A stretch of 63,987 nt of DNA, the filler included, from Dirinaria sp. TL-2023a (lineage: Eukaryota): assembly GCA_051941275.1 (NCBI GenBank). It is 9 parts of 9 records of this genome, joined end to end, with 100 filler letters (N's around TTAATTAATTAA, not from the genome) between each part and the next. Parts side by side here need not be neighbours in the genome. Positions count along the whole stretch, not along the records: positions 1 to 7,131 come from JAVEBF010001363.1; positions 7,232 to 14,357 come from JAVEBF010001364.1; 7 more parts are not named here. The stretch is one strand, 5' to 3'. Made by a program: the position numbers and the translations under genes. The notes beneath the pieces were generated by a model. The model was not told the DNA's origin, searched no databases, and saw only the letters and a list, made by a program, of their open reading frames with translations. The stretch's first letter is position 1; the number at the start of each line of letters is the position of its first letter. Positions 1 through 11,482 of the stretch are shown here, one piece after another.

Positions 1-66
1 CCCATAGGTTACATACATACTTGAACCCCTAGAGTTGAGATCCACCTCAGTCTCCCCTTTCTTACC

Positions 67-3000
67 TTACATAAAATCCGCCAAATCCCCCAACATGACC
101 CGCTGATACTTCTCCACCACCTCCGCACACCGCATCAGCACGCCCGCCGCCAACATCCTCACCCGATCCCCCTCTTCACTCCCAGCGCCTACATTCTCAA
201 ACACAACCTGCACCCACTCCCTCGTCTCGAGCAATTCTTTCGCGTGGTCCTCGGCCAGCCTCCGCTGCCGATGTTGCTGCTCGGCATTGAGATCGAGAAG
301 CGTCAGGAAGGCGAAGAGGAGCGCTTCGAGCACGGGCGGGGCGCCGGCAGCGCGCGCGCGCAGCGAGAGCAGCAGATCCCAGAACTCGGTCGTCATCTGC
401 GGCAGCGAGAGCGGCGACGTGCCCGCCGCGTGCAGGATGAGGGAGAGCGTTTTCAGGTAGTGCGTGAGCAGGAAGGGGGAGGTGTGCACGTTGTCGTTGC
501 CGCTGTAATAGTAATCGGTGATGTCAGTTTCGAAGTGCTTCTGCCGAAGAATTGGATACATAGTACGGGGAAAGGGGTATTTTGTGGAAAATTCGTGGCT
601 GTGAAATTAGGGGGGAAATAAGGGGCCTTACTAGGCTTGGAGCTGGACTCGCCATAATCCCGTCAGAGGGAAGAAAAACCCGTCGGCCACCGTCTTAGCA
701 AGCTCGTTCGCCATCGGTTTCGCTCTTTTCTTCTCGACCTCCATCCTGGACGAGAAGGTACGGACTTTTAGTGCATTCGGCCCACTGATCTGATCTGCTG
801 CTTCGATAGCCATTGGCTTCATCATGGTCGTCTCCATCTTTTTGGAAATGGCGTCCACGGGCTTAGCTTCGATGGCGTAAACCTGGTGTAGCTTGTCCGG
901 AAGCAACTTCGAAGGAAAAGCAGATTTGGTTACAGCGTCCGCGCCTGTCATGGCCGCATCCTCCTTCTCTAGGCCAGCTAACTCACGGGCACCCAAGCCC
1001 AGAGTCGTTAGGACCGACGCTCTTTGGCTCATTGAGTAGTCTCCGTAGAAGAATGTTCTTGAAAACCACTGACCCATCTTTAATGGTTGTGCTATGAGCA
1101 CGGCAATCATACCTTGGAGGCGCATCTTCTGGAAATCCTCCATGTTATATTTGTCGCCCAAGCCTACGAGCTGAGTCGCCAATTCCTCGATGTGCTCTGT
1201 TACCTCGGAGCCAAAGCTGGCTTTGCGACGAATGAGGCTCGAAGCGTTGCTCAGTGCAAGCTTGTGTCTATCGAAGTTGTCGGTATCTCGCAGGCCTGCG
1301 ATGAGCTCACGTATATACCTGAAGACGCGTTGTTAGCATCGGGATACATCTGTAAAAAGGAGACTCCACGAACACAGGCGCTGTCGGCTTGTTTCGCTGT
1401 ACTAAAGTTGCGTCTTGATCTTCGTCGGAAACATCCGAATCGGGCTTCTCATAGGCGACTAAGTCGTCATCTTCAGAATCAGACTTGTTCTCAACTTCTT
1501 CAATCGCGATGATTTTTGAAGGAGGCTTTTCTTCACTCGAAAGTTTATCTCGCTTGTGGTGCCGGTGTTCAGCTCTAGGATTGGACGCAGTTTTCTTTTT
1601 TGAATCTGCGATCGTAGGCTTTAGATCCTCAATGACCCCCACCTCATCTTGTACACCTGTGAGACTCCGGTACCATTGACCATCGGCGCTGTCAATTTCC
1701 TTTGCACTGAAATTTAGTCGCTTGCCTTTCGGATTGACCAATTCTGAGACGGCTGTGCCAACAAACATGCCAAGTAGCGACGCTCGCTCTGATGAAGCGG
1801 AGAGACGATTTGAGATCGCATTGATATAGATGCTAGATTTTGAAAGCGATAAAACATATTCGGGGTCTGATCGGTGTAGGTAACCAGCAGTAAGGAGCAA
1901 GACTTGGACGCTAACTACTGGCAGTCAGTGACAATGGCAAAGCAAACAGCACGTCTGTGAACCTTCTTGTTGGATTATTGGTGTATGCTTAATATATAAG
2001 GTATCGGCGAATTGGGACAGGGCACGCTCAAGTACTCCTTTCAGGCTTACTATGACTCTATTAGCGCCAGTGTCATCATAAATGTGAAAATGTACCTTGG
2101 TCCTGTGCGAGTGCAGCTATCACGATCCTTATTACATAATTGCATCGACTTCCTCCAGCTATTGCGGTACCATTCAACCAGTCAATCAGCAGCCTCTTCA
2201 ATTGACTTTGCGCTTGGATGAGGTTCAATAATAAGGCTGCTGCTCCGGCTGCAACTTTCTTCAGTAGTGTTTTTTCCTCGGCATCCAAAACTTCAGCATC
2301 GAAAGGCTGAAGTCTTTTCGAGAGCACTCTCATCAGAGAGAAAAGCATTGTATACTGTTCGTTCACTGTCAATCGCCCTAATATTTGATTGAAGCTGCTC
2401 AGTCTGCTCGGGTTTCCTTCGAGCAAGCTAGATAATGCATGTTCAATGAATTGATCTGTTTCAAATTTTAGCGTATACAAATTGCTCCCGGAGATCCAAC
2501 GAACTTGCGTAGCCAATTTTAAGGGCCCTACTAAAAATTTGCGCCAGGTACTCAGCAGCCTCATCCACTTCTTCGGCCAAGGATGCAATCATAGAGGCGC
2601 AATTTCGCCCAAGCCAAATTGCGTAGTCCCTACCATCCGCAAGCCAAATATTTTGCTCAATAGACGGGCTTGCTTCGTTGCAAACATGATCTGCCTCACC
2701 ACACAATGAGAGTATTTTGCCACTCGCGAGTAATGAAACGAGCTCCTTCCAGAGCAAGATTTTCTTGGACCGATCGGCACTCGATTGAACCAGATCATAC
2801 CATATATTCAGAAAGAAACCGTCGCCTCTCAGGACACAATCGAGGAGATGAAGAAGATTGGTAATTTGTTCAGTATGACCAGATTTCCCGGCTTTGGCCT
2901 GGTGGGGAAGCTCTTTTAGAAGAAGTTGGAGTCGTCTTGCGATGGCGGCGATACCGGCGACGTTCCTCAAACATTTAACGAGATTTAGTTTTACTTTGAC

Positions 3001-3327
3001 ATGACTTCGATCTTTTGAATGTTCAATGATACTCCAATAATGAGGGATAATATCATGGATTAAAACGAAAATGATCTGCGCAGCCTTGGGGTTTGAGATT
3101 TTGATACTGAAGTCTGTAGCTGTGTCATTGCTAGACGCCAGCCAGTCTAAAGCCTTCAACAAAAGCTCAAGGGTCGGTTGAGATTGGAGCAGGCGAAGAG
3201 CATCTTCAGGAAATCGTATATCAGTCAATCTTCCCAGGTCTGGGTTTATGCGACTTGAGCCAAGCTCTTCGCTTTGCTCGGACTGACGCAGAGATTTCGA
3301 TGCCACTGGAGTGAGAAGACCTTGCAT
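67..3327 (-). CDS. TEL2: Telomere length regulation protein Tel2 (TTT complex), multi-exon
   Basis: Spliced ORFs 2461-3327, 2076-2460, 1307-1900, 631-1320 and 67-495 are joined by GT-AG introns. They contain the Tel2 core YIRELIAGLRDTDNFDRHKLAL...LIRRKASFGSEV and the acidic DSEDDDLVAYEKPDSD segment. Confidence 0.88.
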
Positions 3328-3660
3328 GTTTAGCACTGCATCAGCACTTTCCTAGTTGTATATAGACTGCCTTATCAAGTCAAGATGATAGTTTCCTGTC
3401 AGAGTGCAAGCATTACGTCCCAATCATCTATTGGGATGAGATTGAAAGCGAGATTGAGGCTGACGGGAGATCGACTCCGCTAATGCAAGGTCGTTATCGA
3501 TAAGATTGACGAGCCTTGGCGCATCCTGATGTCTCGCTGGGCACGATGAAGCCCTTCTTAAGTCACTACTGTTTAATGTAGACTCCCTGCTGCGCTCTGC
3601 TTGTATGTGTACCATTTAAGCTGGCTGCGCAGTCTAAAATATCCCACGCACGCTCGTTTT

Positions 3661-5223
3661 ATGGCGACAACAGCGACTACGATCATGCCAAACGGCGTAC
3701 AATTGTCACGATCTAGATGGTATTCTAGGAGTATTGAGGAATCCGTTACAGTCATCGGCTAATTACGAATGCAGGAAATATCTTGAAAATATTTTGACGA
3801 ACAAAGGTCCATATACTGATCCCGATGCCGACCTTGGCCCAGAAACGTTGACAAGATTGGAAGCGTCAAAGGTCCTGTTAGTGAGCACGCGAGCCTTCCA
3901 ACTGTCAACGAGTCGCTGACGATCTTCTAGTGTGATGTAGGTACAACCTGTTGCCACGTTTAAGGGCCCAATATTGACGAGTATCAGCGGGGCTGGAGGG
4001 TTGGGATGCGAGATTCTCAAAAACCTTGCACTTTCCGGATTCAAGGACATCCACGTCATTGATATGGGTATGCATACTTGCTTCCTGAGGATCTAAAGTG
4101 TCTGACCTAACTAGATACAATCGACGTCTCGAATCTAAATCGTCAATTTCTTTTCCGCGAAGCAGACGTCGGCAAATCCAAGGCCGAAGTAGCCGCTGCA
4201 TTTGTGGAGAAACGCGTCAAAGGCGTCAGAATTACACCGTACAATGGGAAGATCCAGGATAAGGGCGAGGACTATTACATGCAGTTCCAGCTCGTAGTAT
4301 GCGGACTGGATAGCGTTGAAGCCCGGCGATGGATCAATGCTACTCTTGTGGGAATGGTAGATCCAGAGAATCAAGAAAGTTTAAAACCCCTCATCGACGG
4401 TGGGACCGAAGGTTAGCCACACTGTGAGGGTAAGGTATCCGTCTACCGTCTGTACTAAAAGAAGACAGGCTTCAAGGGACAAGCAAGGGTTATCCTACCG
4501 ACAATAAGCTCTTGTATCGAATGTCAGCTCAATCTCTCGCCTCCCCGAGCAGCTGTACCGCTTTGCACGTTAGCTACAATACCCCGCCAACCGCAGCACT
4601 GCATCGAATGGGCGAAGATTATGGCGTGGGAAGAGCATCGCAAGGGAGAAATCATCGACACGGACGACCCTGAGCATATCAACTGGCTCTTTCAGAAAGC
4701 CGCTGCTCGTGCAAAGGAGTTCAGCATCCCTGGGGTCACGTATTCCTTGACTCAAGGAGTGGTCAAACATATTATACCCGCCATCGCATCAACGAATGCT
4801 ATCATAGCCGCCAGTTGCTGCAATGAAGCACTCAAGATCGCTACCGGTTGCAATCCGTTCTTGCAGAACTACATGCAATATACCGGAGATGCAGGGGTAT
4901 ACACGTTCAACATGGAATACGAACAGTCCGAGGACTGCCCAGTGTGTGGCAATCTGCCCAAAGATTTGCCAGTAGATCCATCATCTACGCTCCAGGATCT
5001 GATCGCGAATTTAGGTGAGAGAGCGGAAGCACAACTGAAGAAACCTACGTTGCGGAGCGAGCGCACCTCATTGTACTCCCAAGCACCCCCGTCGCTTGAG
5101 GAGCAAACGCGACCTAATCTGACCAAGAAAATTTCCGATCTCCTGGTCGAGGGAGAGCAGATAGCTGTGTCTGATCCCGCCTTTACGATTGATTTTAAGT
5201 TCAAAATCGTTTTTCAGTCTTGA
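3661..5223 (+). CDS. UBA3: NEDD8-activating enzyme E1 catalytic subunit, multi-exon
   Basis: Contains [45 protein letters not shown], the catalytic [18 protein letters not shown] and [13 protein letters not shown] at 3661. Confidence 0.93.
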
Positions 5224-5456
5224 ATTGGGGCCTCTTTATTTTGAATGCTGGAGTTGGCGAAGTTTGGTTGCATGGCGACGGAGTTTTTGAAGCACATGCA
5301 AGAGAGGTACCATATCCACGATAGGCTACAATTCGAAAAGCCCGTATATCTTATGAATACATGCGCCACAAGATAGAATTTCGCTTGAGGCAGCCGCCAG
5401 TACTTTTCCATGCAATGCCGCTAAAATACCTGTCAGAGACAAATCGCCCGGTAGCT

Positions 5457-6719
5457 TCATCGGTTTATGTTCGCCAGACTTCTCTGCATCTTGTCGCACT
5501 TCACCTTGAGCGCCCTCACACTTTCGAGGAAGAGCTCATCGCTCTTGAACTGGCCGGTGCTTTCCACCATGAAGATGAAGTGGTCCCTGACTCTCCCCAA
5601 CTTGACCTTTCCCTCGAACTCCTCATGCCGCAAACACTCTCTGGAGACAGTATCCTTGAAGGGATTTTTCACGACTGCCTTCTTCTGCCCAGCATAGCCC
5701 TCGTATCCACCGCCTTCTTTGCTAGCTTCTTCCTCAGTAACATCCTCGAGTCCAATGACGCCTTTGGGGAAACACCTGGCGAATTTTCTAGCGTCCTGCC
5801 CTAGAATTGGTTTTATAATATCAATCGTTGGTAACAGCCGATAGCTTGCGGTAGCTACAGGGCTAAACTTCGCATGATCCGCTCCTATGCCTTTAACGCA
5901 ATGCATTTCCAGATCAATCTCCTGTCCAGGCCTCATCTTCGCGATCAAAATATCCGGATTGACCGGCCTTATCAAGCCCTTTTCTTCCGTGAAGACATTC
6001 AACTGCCGACCTACAGGATGGAACGTAATATCCTTCGCATAGACATTGGTCCCTCTGTACAGCTTCGCGGGGTCAGTGACCCCCTTTGCCATGAGTTTTT
6101 GCGCATTGTCCGTCCAGGTCGATTGCGCGCGCAACTTCAGGACCACGGTGTTGTAGTCGGCTGTCGCGCCGCCTTGAAGATTCTCCTCCGAAGGCTTCTC
6201 GTACCATCGCAGCCAATTGAGGCCTTCGGGGTTCCCGGTCAGAGGGATGAGGCCGAGACGCTGCGCAAGCACTTCGTCTTGGACTATGGAGGTATTGTTG
6301 TAGATGAAGACGTATTCGATAGCTAGAGTAGGGATTTCGGCAATCAGGATGCGACGGAATGCATTGGCTATCGAGGCGTCGAGGCCGATCAGGGAGAAGG
6401 AGGCATCGTAGGGAAGGTTCTTGTGAAATTGGACTTGGAAATTCTGGAGACTGGCGTTAGAACCGCGTGTGCGCAGATTTCGTACTGTGACTGCGCAACG
6501 AAGATGCGTACATTTCGAAACTTTTCCAAGTCCCATGCGTGGTCTTCCCCAGGATAATGGCCTGGAAAGTCGGTGGAAGTGACGTTTGTTACGGTCTCTG
6601 GATTGACTCCCACAATCTGCACCAGATCAGCACAACTATACACCACTGCGTTGTCAAACGAGAGAAAGAAAGACCTTTCTTCTGTAAGCCTCGCCGGGCG
6701 AGAGAGGTTCTAGCGCCAT
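5457..6719 (-). CDS. RPC40: RNA polymerase I/III subunit AC40 (RPAC1)
   Basis: Contains DASIANAFRRILIAEIPTLA, VQDEVLAQRLGLIPL, GIGADHAKFSPVATASYRLLP and RVRDHFIF. Two 5' introns; ATG at 6719 (MALEPLSPGEAYRRK). Confidence 0.93.
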
Positions 6720-7020
6720 GAAGGCCGCTTTCTGACAATCTCACATGGCTATTTCATTTTGTATGAGTGACTAAGATCTGTAAAATACCCGAGGCGTGCC
6801 CTCGGATCGATCTCAGTTCTCCAAGATTAGATTAGATAGCCGCGGCAATCTCCAAGCGCCGCCCAATCAGAGTGCAGGGGAAATGATATCCGTCATAAGT
6901 ATAACAGGTACCAGTACGTGCGGCGAATTTCATTTGAAGTTCTTCATTTGCGGTGGAGCCTTTGGAGTACAATCGATACCTCATTTTCAACCCCACCCTT
7001 TCCCATTGCCATCGGCCACA

Positions 7021-7131
7021 ATGGCAGCCGCCTTCACACGTCTGGCCTCGCATAGCGCGAAGCGCCTCTGTCTCCGACCCTCCGCCACCCCAAGGTCGAA
7101 GCCCGTCCCACTGTCACAGGCTGTCAGATGC
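7021..7131 (+). CDS. N-terminal mitochondrial presequence, possibly complex I 49-kDa subunit (truncated by contig end)
   Basis: MAAAFTRLASHSAKRLCLRPS is basic and free of acidic residues. From memory it resembles fungal NUO-49 N-termini. Only 37 codons are visible. Confidence 0.45.
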
Positions 7132-7231
7132 NNNNNNNNNNNNNNNNNNNNNNNNNNNNNNNNNNNNNNNNNNNNTTAATTAATTAANNNNNNNNNNNNN
7201 NNNNNNNNNNNNNNNNNNNNNNNNNNNNNNN
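7132..7231. other. Artificial contig linker N44-TTAATTAATTAA-N44; identical copies at 14358-14457, 21568-21667, 28770-28869, 35972-36071, 43163-43262, 50349-50448, 57532-57631
   Basis: Identical 100-nt spacer with stop codons in all six frames. Genes are cut at these points. Confidence 0.98.
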
Positions 7232-8485
7232 TTCCACCCCAGGGCTCAGTTGCACCAACACACCCTCTGCTTCTTCTTCTCCTGCTGCTCCGTCAACCTC
7301 TTCTACTTCGCTCCGCCCATGACGGGGAGAAGGAAAAGGGGCAGTAGCAGTCTCATCCTCAAGAATCGTGAATGTGGGCTTGGACGCCGCTTTCTGCCGT
7401 TTGGGCGGTTGCGTGAGGGAGCCAGGCGGGGTGCGAGGCAGTCGGCGGGGTGATGCGCGGGGAAGACGTTTGCGAGGGTCTGAAGAGAGAAGGGGGCTCT
7501 TTGGCGAAGGCTTGGGTGTTGCGGGTTGATGAGGGGAGATGCCGAAGCAGGAGAGGTGGGCGGAGAGGAAGCGTGTTGTTAGCGGCCCGGGAGGGGGTGG
7601 CGATGAGATACTGCTGTTGGGATCCGGTGGTTGGTTTTCTTTGTTGCTGGAGGTTGAGATATGCCTGTCCTTGCCCGCCAACTTGGAAGGCTGTTCGCAA
7701 GAGTTGAGATTCGGTGGCGTCGATGGGATCGTGAAGGGAGTTGGATTTGAAGGGTTTGTGGATTTCGGTGCTGGGGTTGAGAGTGGAGAGAGTTGGCTAC
7801 TCGATTGCTCTGAGCTTGATGGTTGGATTGAGGAAGAGATCAGGACTTCCTCGAGCCATTCGTTGACGCTGGATTCTTTGTTCCTCGTGGGCTTGGTGGG
7901 GTGTATTGGTAGTATGAAAGGAACTCCGTGGGTAGAGTGGCAGTCTTCATCCTCCGAGTTGAAGCTCGGTGTCTGTGACGCTCTTCGAGTGGCAGTCCAT
8001 TGGTCCAGTACCGGGTACTCGACCTGGTTACATTGGTCTTGCTCAGGTGCATTAAGTGGACGCAATGGTGAGGAGCTGGGTACAGGAAGAGGTGTGGGAA
8101 AGCGCATGCCGTGCGGTACCTCTGCTGGAGTTTCCGCCCTACAATGCGGAACGGAGGTAGATGCGGTCGACAAAGGGCTATCAGCCTGCCCATCAGTGCC
8201 AAACCTGACCGAATTGCCCGCCGTCGGCAAAGTGGTCTCACTCCAATCCGGATTCAGGCTGCCAAAGCGAGTATTTCTGGCTTGGGAAAGAGGAATGCGT
8301 GACCGCTTGATGTTGGGGGAGCATGGTCCTGAATGTGTCTGCAGAGAAAGCGCCGCGTCACTGAAGATTGTGGCCATGGCGTTGCTGCGGCTTGGACTGG
8401 CCGAGGAACGAGCGAGGTCTGCGAGGGGTCTTCGCTTCCTACTGCTATTGGGCACAGCCCCTGGAGATGGGTGTGGGATTGCCAT
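7232..8485 (-). CDS. Hypothetical Ser/Pro-rich, probably disordered protein (3' truncated)
   Basis: More than 410 open codons from the ATG to the contig end. Contains a KEN motif (SNKENQPP). No recognisable domain. Confidence 0.6.
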
Positions 8486-11482
8486 TGGAAATGCTTTTAG
8501 TGCTGCTGGTGTATGAATGAATTCTGAGAAGAGAAAGTGGGCAGCGAGAGTCGTTCATTGGGTGGAGATCGAGGAAATTAGAAAGAAGGCCAAACATGAG
8601 TTCATGTTCGGTGTGTCAAATCCGAAGACAGAAGGAAGGACGCTCTTTCCAATGAGGTCGAGCATCGTGGCTAAGGGACAAGGCTGGAATATTGAATAGG
8701 AGACCATGGTTGCTCTTTCCTGCCGATGGACCTAATCGTGGAGATATCTTAAGGGACGTATTCGAGAGACGCCTTGCAATATCTTGGCACCACGACCGCT
8801 TCCGCATCTTTGATAGCTTCTTGATTGGCAAGCATAGCTAGACATACTACTTGGGATAGCGATGACGAGAGGCCTGACGAGCTTGGGAAACGGCGAGTGA
8901 GATGGATGGGAAGCCGAACGTTAGTCACGGCGGCCATCAAGGTACAGTACAGCTGACATGGAAAGAGTCAAGCATGTGAAATAATGCAAGACTTATACCA
9001 TGGAGTGAATTCTAGATTGTGGTACTCATCTTGAGTTTGGCTACTTGTGCGGATTTTGGGCAGAAGCACGAACGTTGCAGTAAATTTTGTTGGAGCTTGA
9101 GGTTCCAGGCGCAGGCATAACACTGGCAGCCATTGCGGGCACGGTTTCCGCAGTAATTCCGAGTTTGATAGGTCTACCTTACCCAGCGCATCCATCATTC
9201 CAACCGGTAACCACCCAGGGCACACTTCTTTGGTATTAGTCAGCAATCTTCAGTGCCTGGTTGGAGCCTCCTTGTTGACCTGTTCACATGTTTTTGAAGT
9301 AGTGAATGCATGACCGGGGCCTGTAGAGGAGACAATCACAAATGATCTTCGGCATGTTTGCTAGAGGAGCAGAAGTAAAATTGACTTGTCCAGTGGCAGT
9401 ACAGTAGTCGAGCTGTTTGACAAAACTTCCAAGCGCGAAGGAACAGTGGGTTGATGAACCTTTTATCAAACCCCGGTACGCCGTAAGGTAGGCCGAGGGG
9501 CTCGTTGGCTCGCCTTATGGGTGAGCAGGGTCCGGTTCGATATCCGAACCATGGCTCGATGGGTGCAATAAGTTGTCATGGGGGTTCGAAGGGTTGGAAA
9601 TTGCAGACATGAAGCTTTCATGCACAGGCATCCTCGCATGGTTGAAACCGTCGGGCTTCCCCCTCCCTTGGATATAATTACAGGTACCTTTACCCTGAAG
9701 TCATTTCCATCGGCCGATGCCGCCTCGTCGCAACGCCGTCGTCAGCCAAGCAAGCCTTGCCAAGCAGCTCCTTTTCGCACTACTTAGTAAGACTATTTCA
9801 CCTTAGGTACGAGTACCTAAGGTAAGGTACCTTATTGTCAGTCAGGGGCGTTCCAGTATTTTGGTGATGAAAGTCAAGGTACATACTTGGATTACAGGCT
9901 TGATGGCACACTCAATGCCAGGTGAAGAACCATTTAATTGGCTTTTTCATCATGTCCTATCATCCGACCGAGAGACTGTATGATGTTCCTTATCAATTTG
10001 CGCTATTTCGGGAAAGTTTGGCGGCGGCATTGTAGGAACATCTTTCCATGGCTCGCATATCGCATGGTCGACAGTAAGGTAAAACCTCATTAGTTGAAAG
10101 GTTGCAACTCAGTTTGCAATACGGTACTTGGTAGTCAAGGCTTTACCCGTCCTTAAACCTCTTCTAGTTTACCCCCGTCTCTCGGCTCCTTTTCCGCGAG
10201 TAATGGATGCAGCCTCCAACGCCAGATGCACCGTCCTCCTTAGCTCGCAGCCCCTGTCATCTCTTCTCCAATCAATTTCTCACTGCTATTACTCTGAAGC
10301 CAAGCGACTGGGCCAGCCAGATGCGCGGTGCGAAAGACCCCGGTGCCGCTGCATCTCTGCATCTCCCCCAATCGTCTACTATCCTCACTCACTACTCACC
10401 CTCATCACGCTTCCTTTCGTCTCTTCTCTTGTCGCTGTGCTTGACTTTGCCAGCCTGCGTTATACTCCTCGACAGCCAGCACCGTCCACAGATTGAGCGA
10501 CGGATCTGCCCCGCCATTTCGCTTCGCCACCCTAAGAACCCCCCCTGCCTTCGCCACCACATATCCTACAATTTGCTGCTCTCGAGCTTGACGCTTTTTT
10601 TGGATCCACTTATACTCCGTATACTCTTCTTGATAGATTCAATACTCCACACTCACGAGGTAGCCCCACGGCCAGAGTCACCTTCGAAGCATCGGGCAGA
10701 GTACGGTTGATTTTGCACTGCCCCTGGTCTTTCGAGTTTCCACCACCGAAGACCACCGGTTTTGTTGAAGCGTCGTATAGCGGGAAATCGCAGGCCTTGA
10801 CTGCAAGCAGTCCAAGAATTAGCTGTACGTTCAGGTGTTTCGTGAGTACCTCTGTGGCCTAGTCGGTCTTGGAAGATTGCAGGATTTCGCTGCTATGCGT
10901 TCGAACCCCACTATTGCACGTACTCCCTGCAGAAGTCGAGGGCGTAGACGCACAGCGCGCATGTCTATCAATCTTTCCTCACCCATGCTCTCGTGGACGC
11001 TCTCATGGACTTTCTTCGCTTCTGCATACTGTCTCGCACAGACTTCAGTTGCTGATGTGCAACGTGTAGGTTTATCCGTCTGAGTCAGCTGTATAGCTCG
11101 CCTAGCAAACCCTACTCCCTCATCAGCATCAAGGCCAAGCTACATATTCTAGCTTGAACCTTTTGACGTTGCCTTCAACATCTATACAATTCCAGATCGG
11201 TCTTTTCCCTTCCTCCCGCTGTTTCGATTTTCGTTTAAGCCAGTCCGCTCGTTAACGTCTCATTCACTGTACCTATTCGACCCTCTAATTCTAGAACATC
11301 TGTGCTACCGGATAGCTATACATAGACAGAAGCAGGCTAGAACCTCGAAACGGAATCACTTGATCAGAACAAGGATACAAAATCATGATACTCATGATAC
11401 TGTTGAGGGAATGTCCAGGGTCATTCTAAGGTAGAGGCTTAAGTCATCTCTTGTATCGACAACCACCTCACTACAATCCGCA

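Noticed and set aside
7176..7187. Regularly spaced TTAATTAATTAA repeats as a biological or CRISPR-like array
   Set aside because: Always embedded in N44 runs; an assembly linker.
9490..9555. tRNA-like GGTTCGA motif
   Set aside because: Only a short GGTTCG/CGAACC hairpin; no cloverleaf or acceptor stem.
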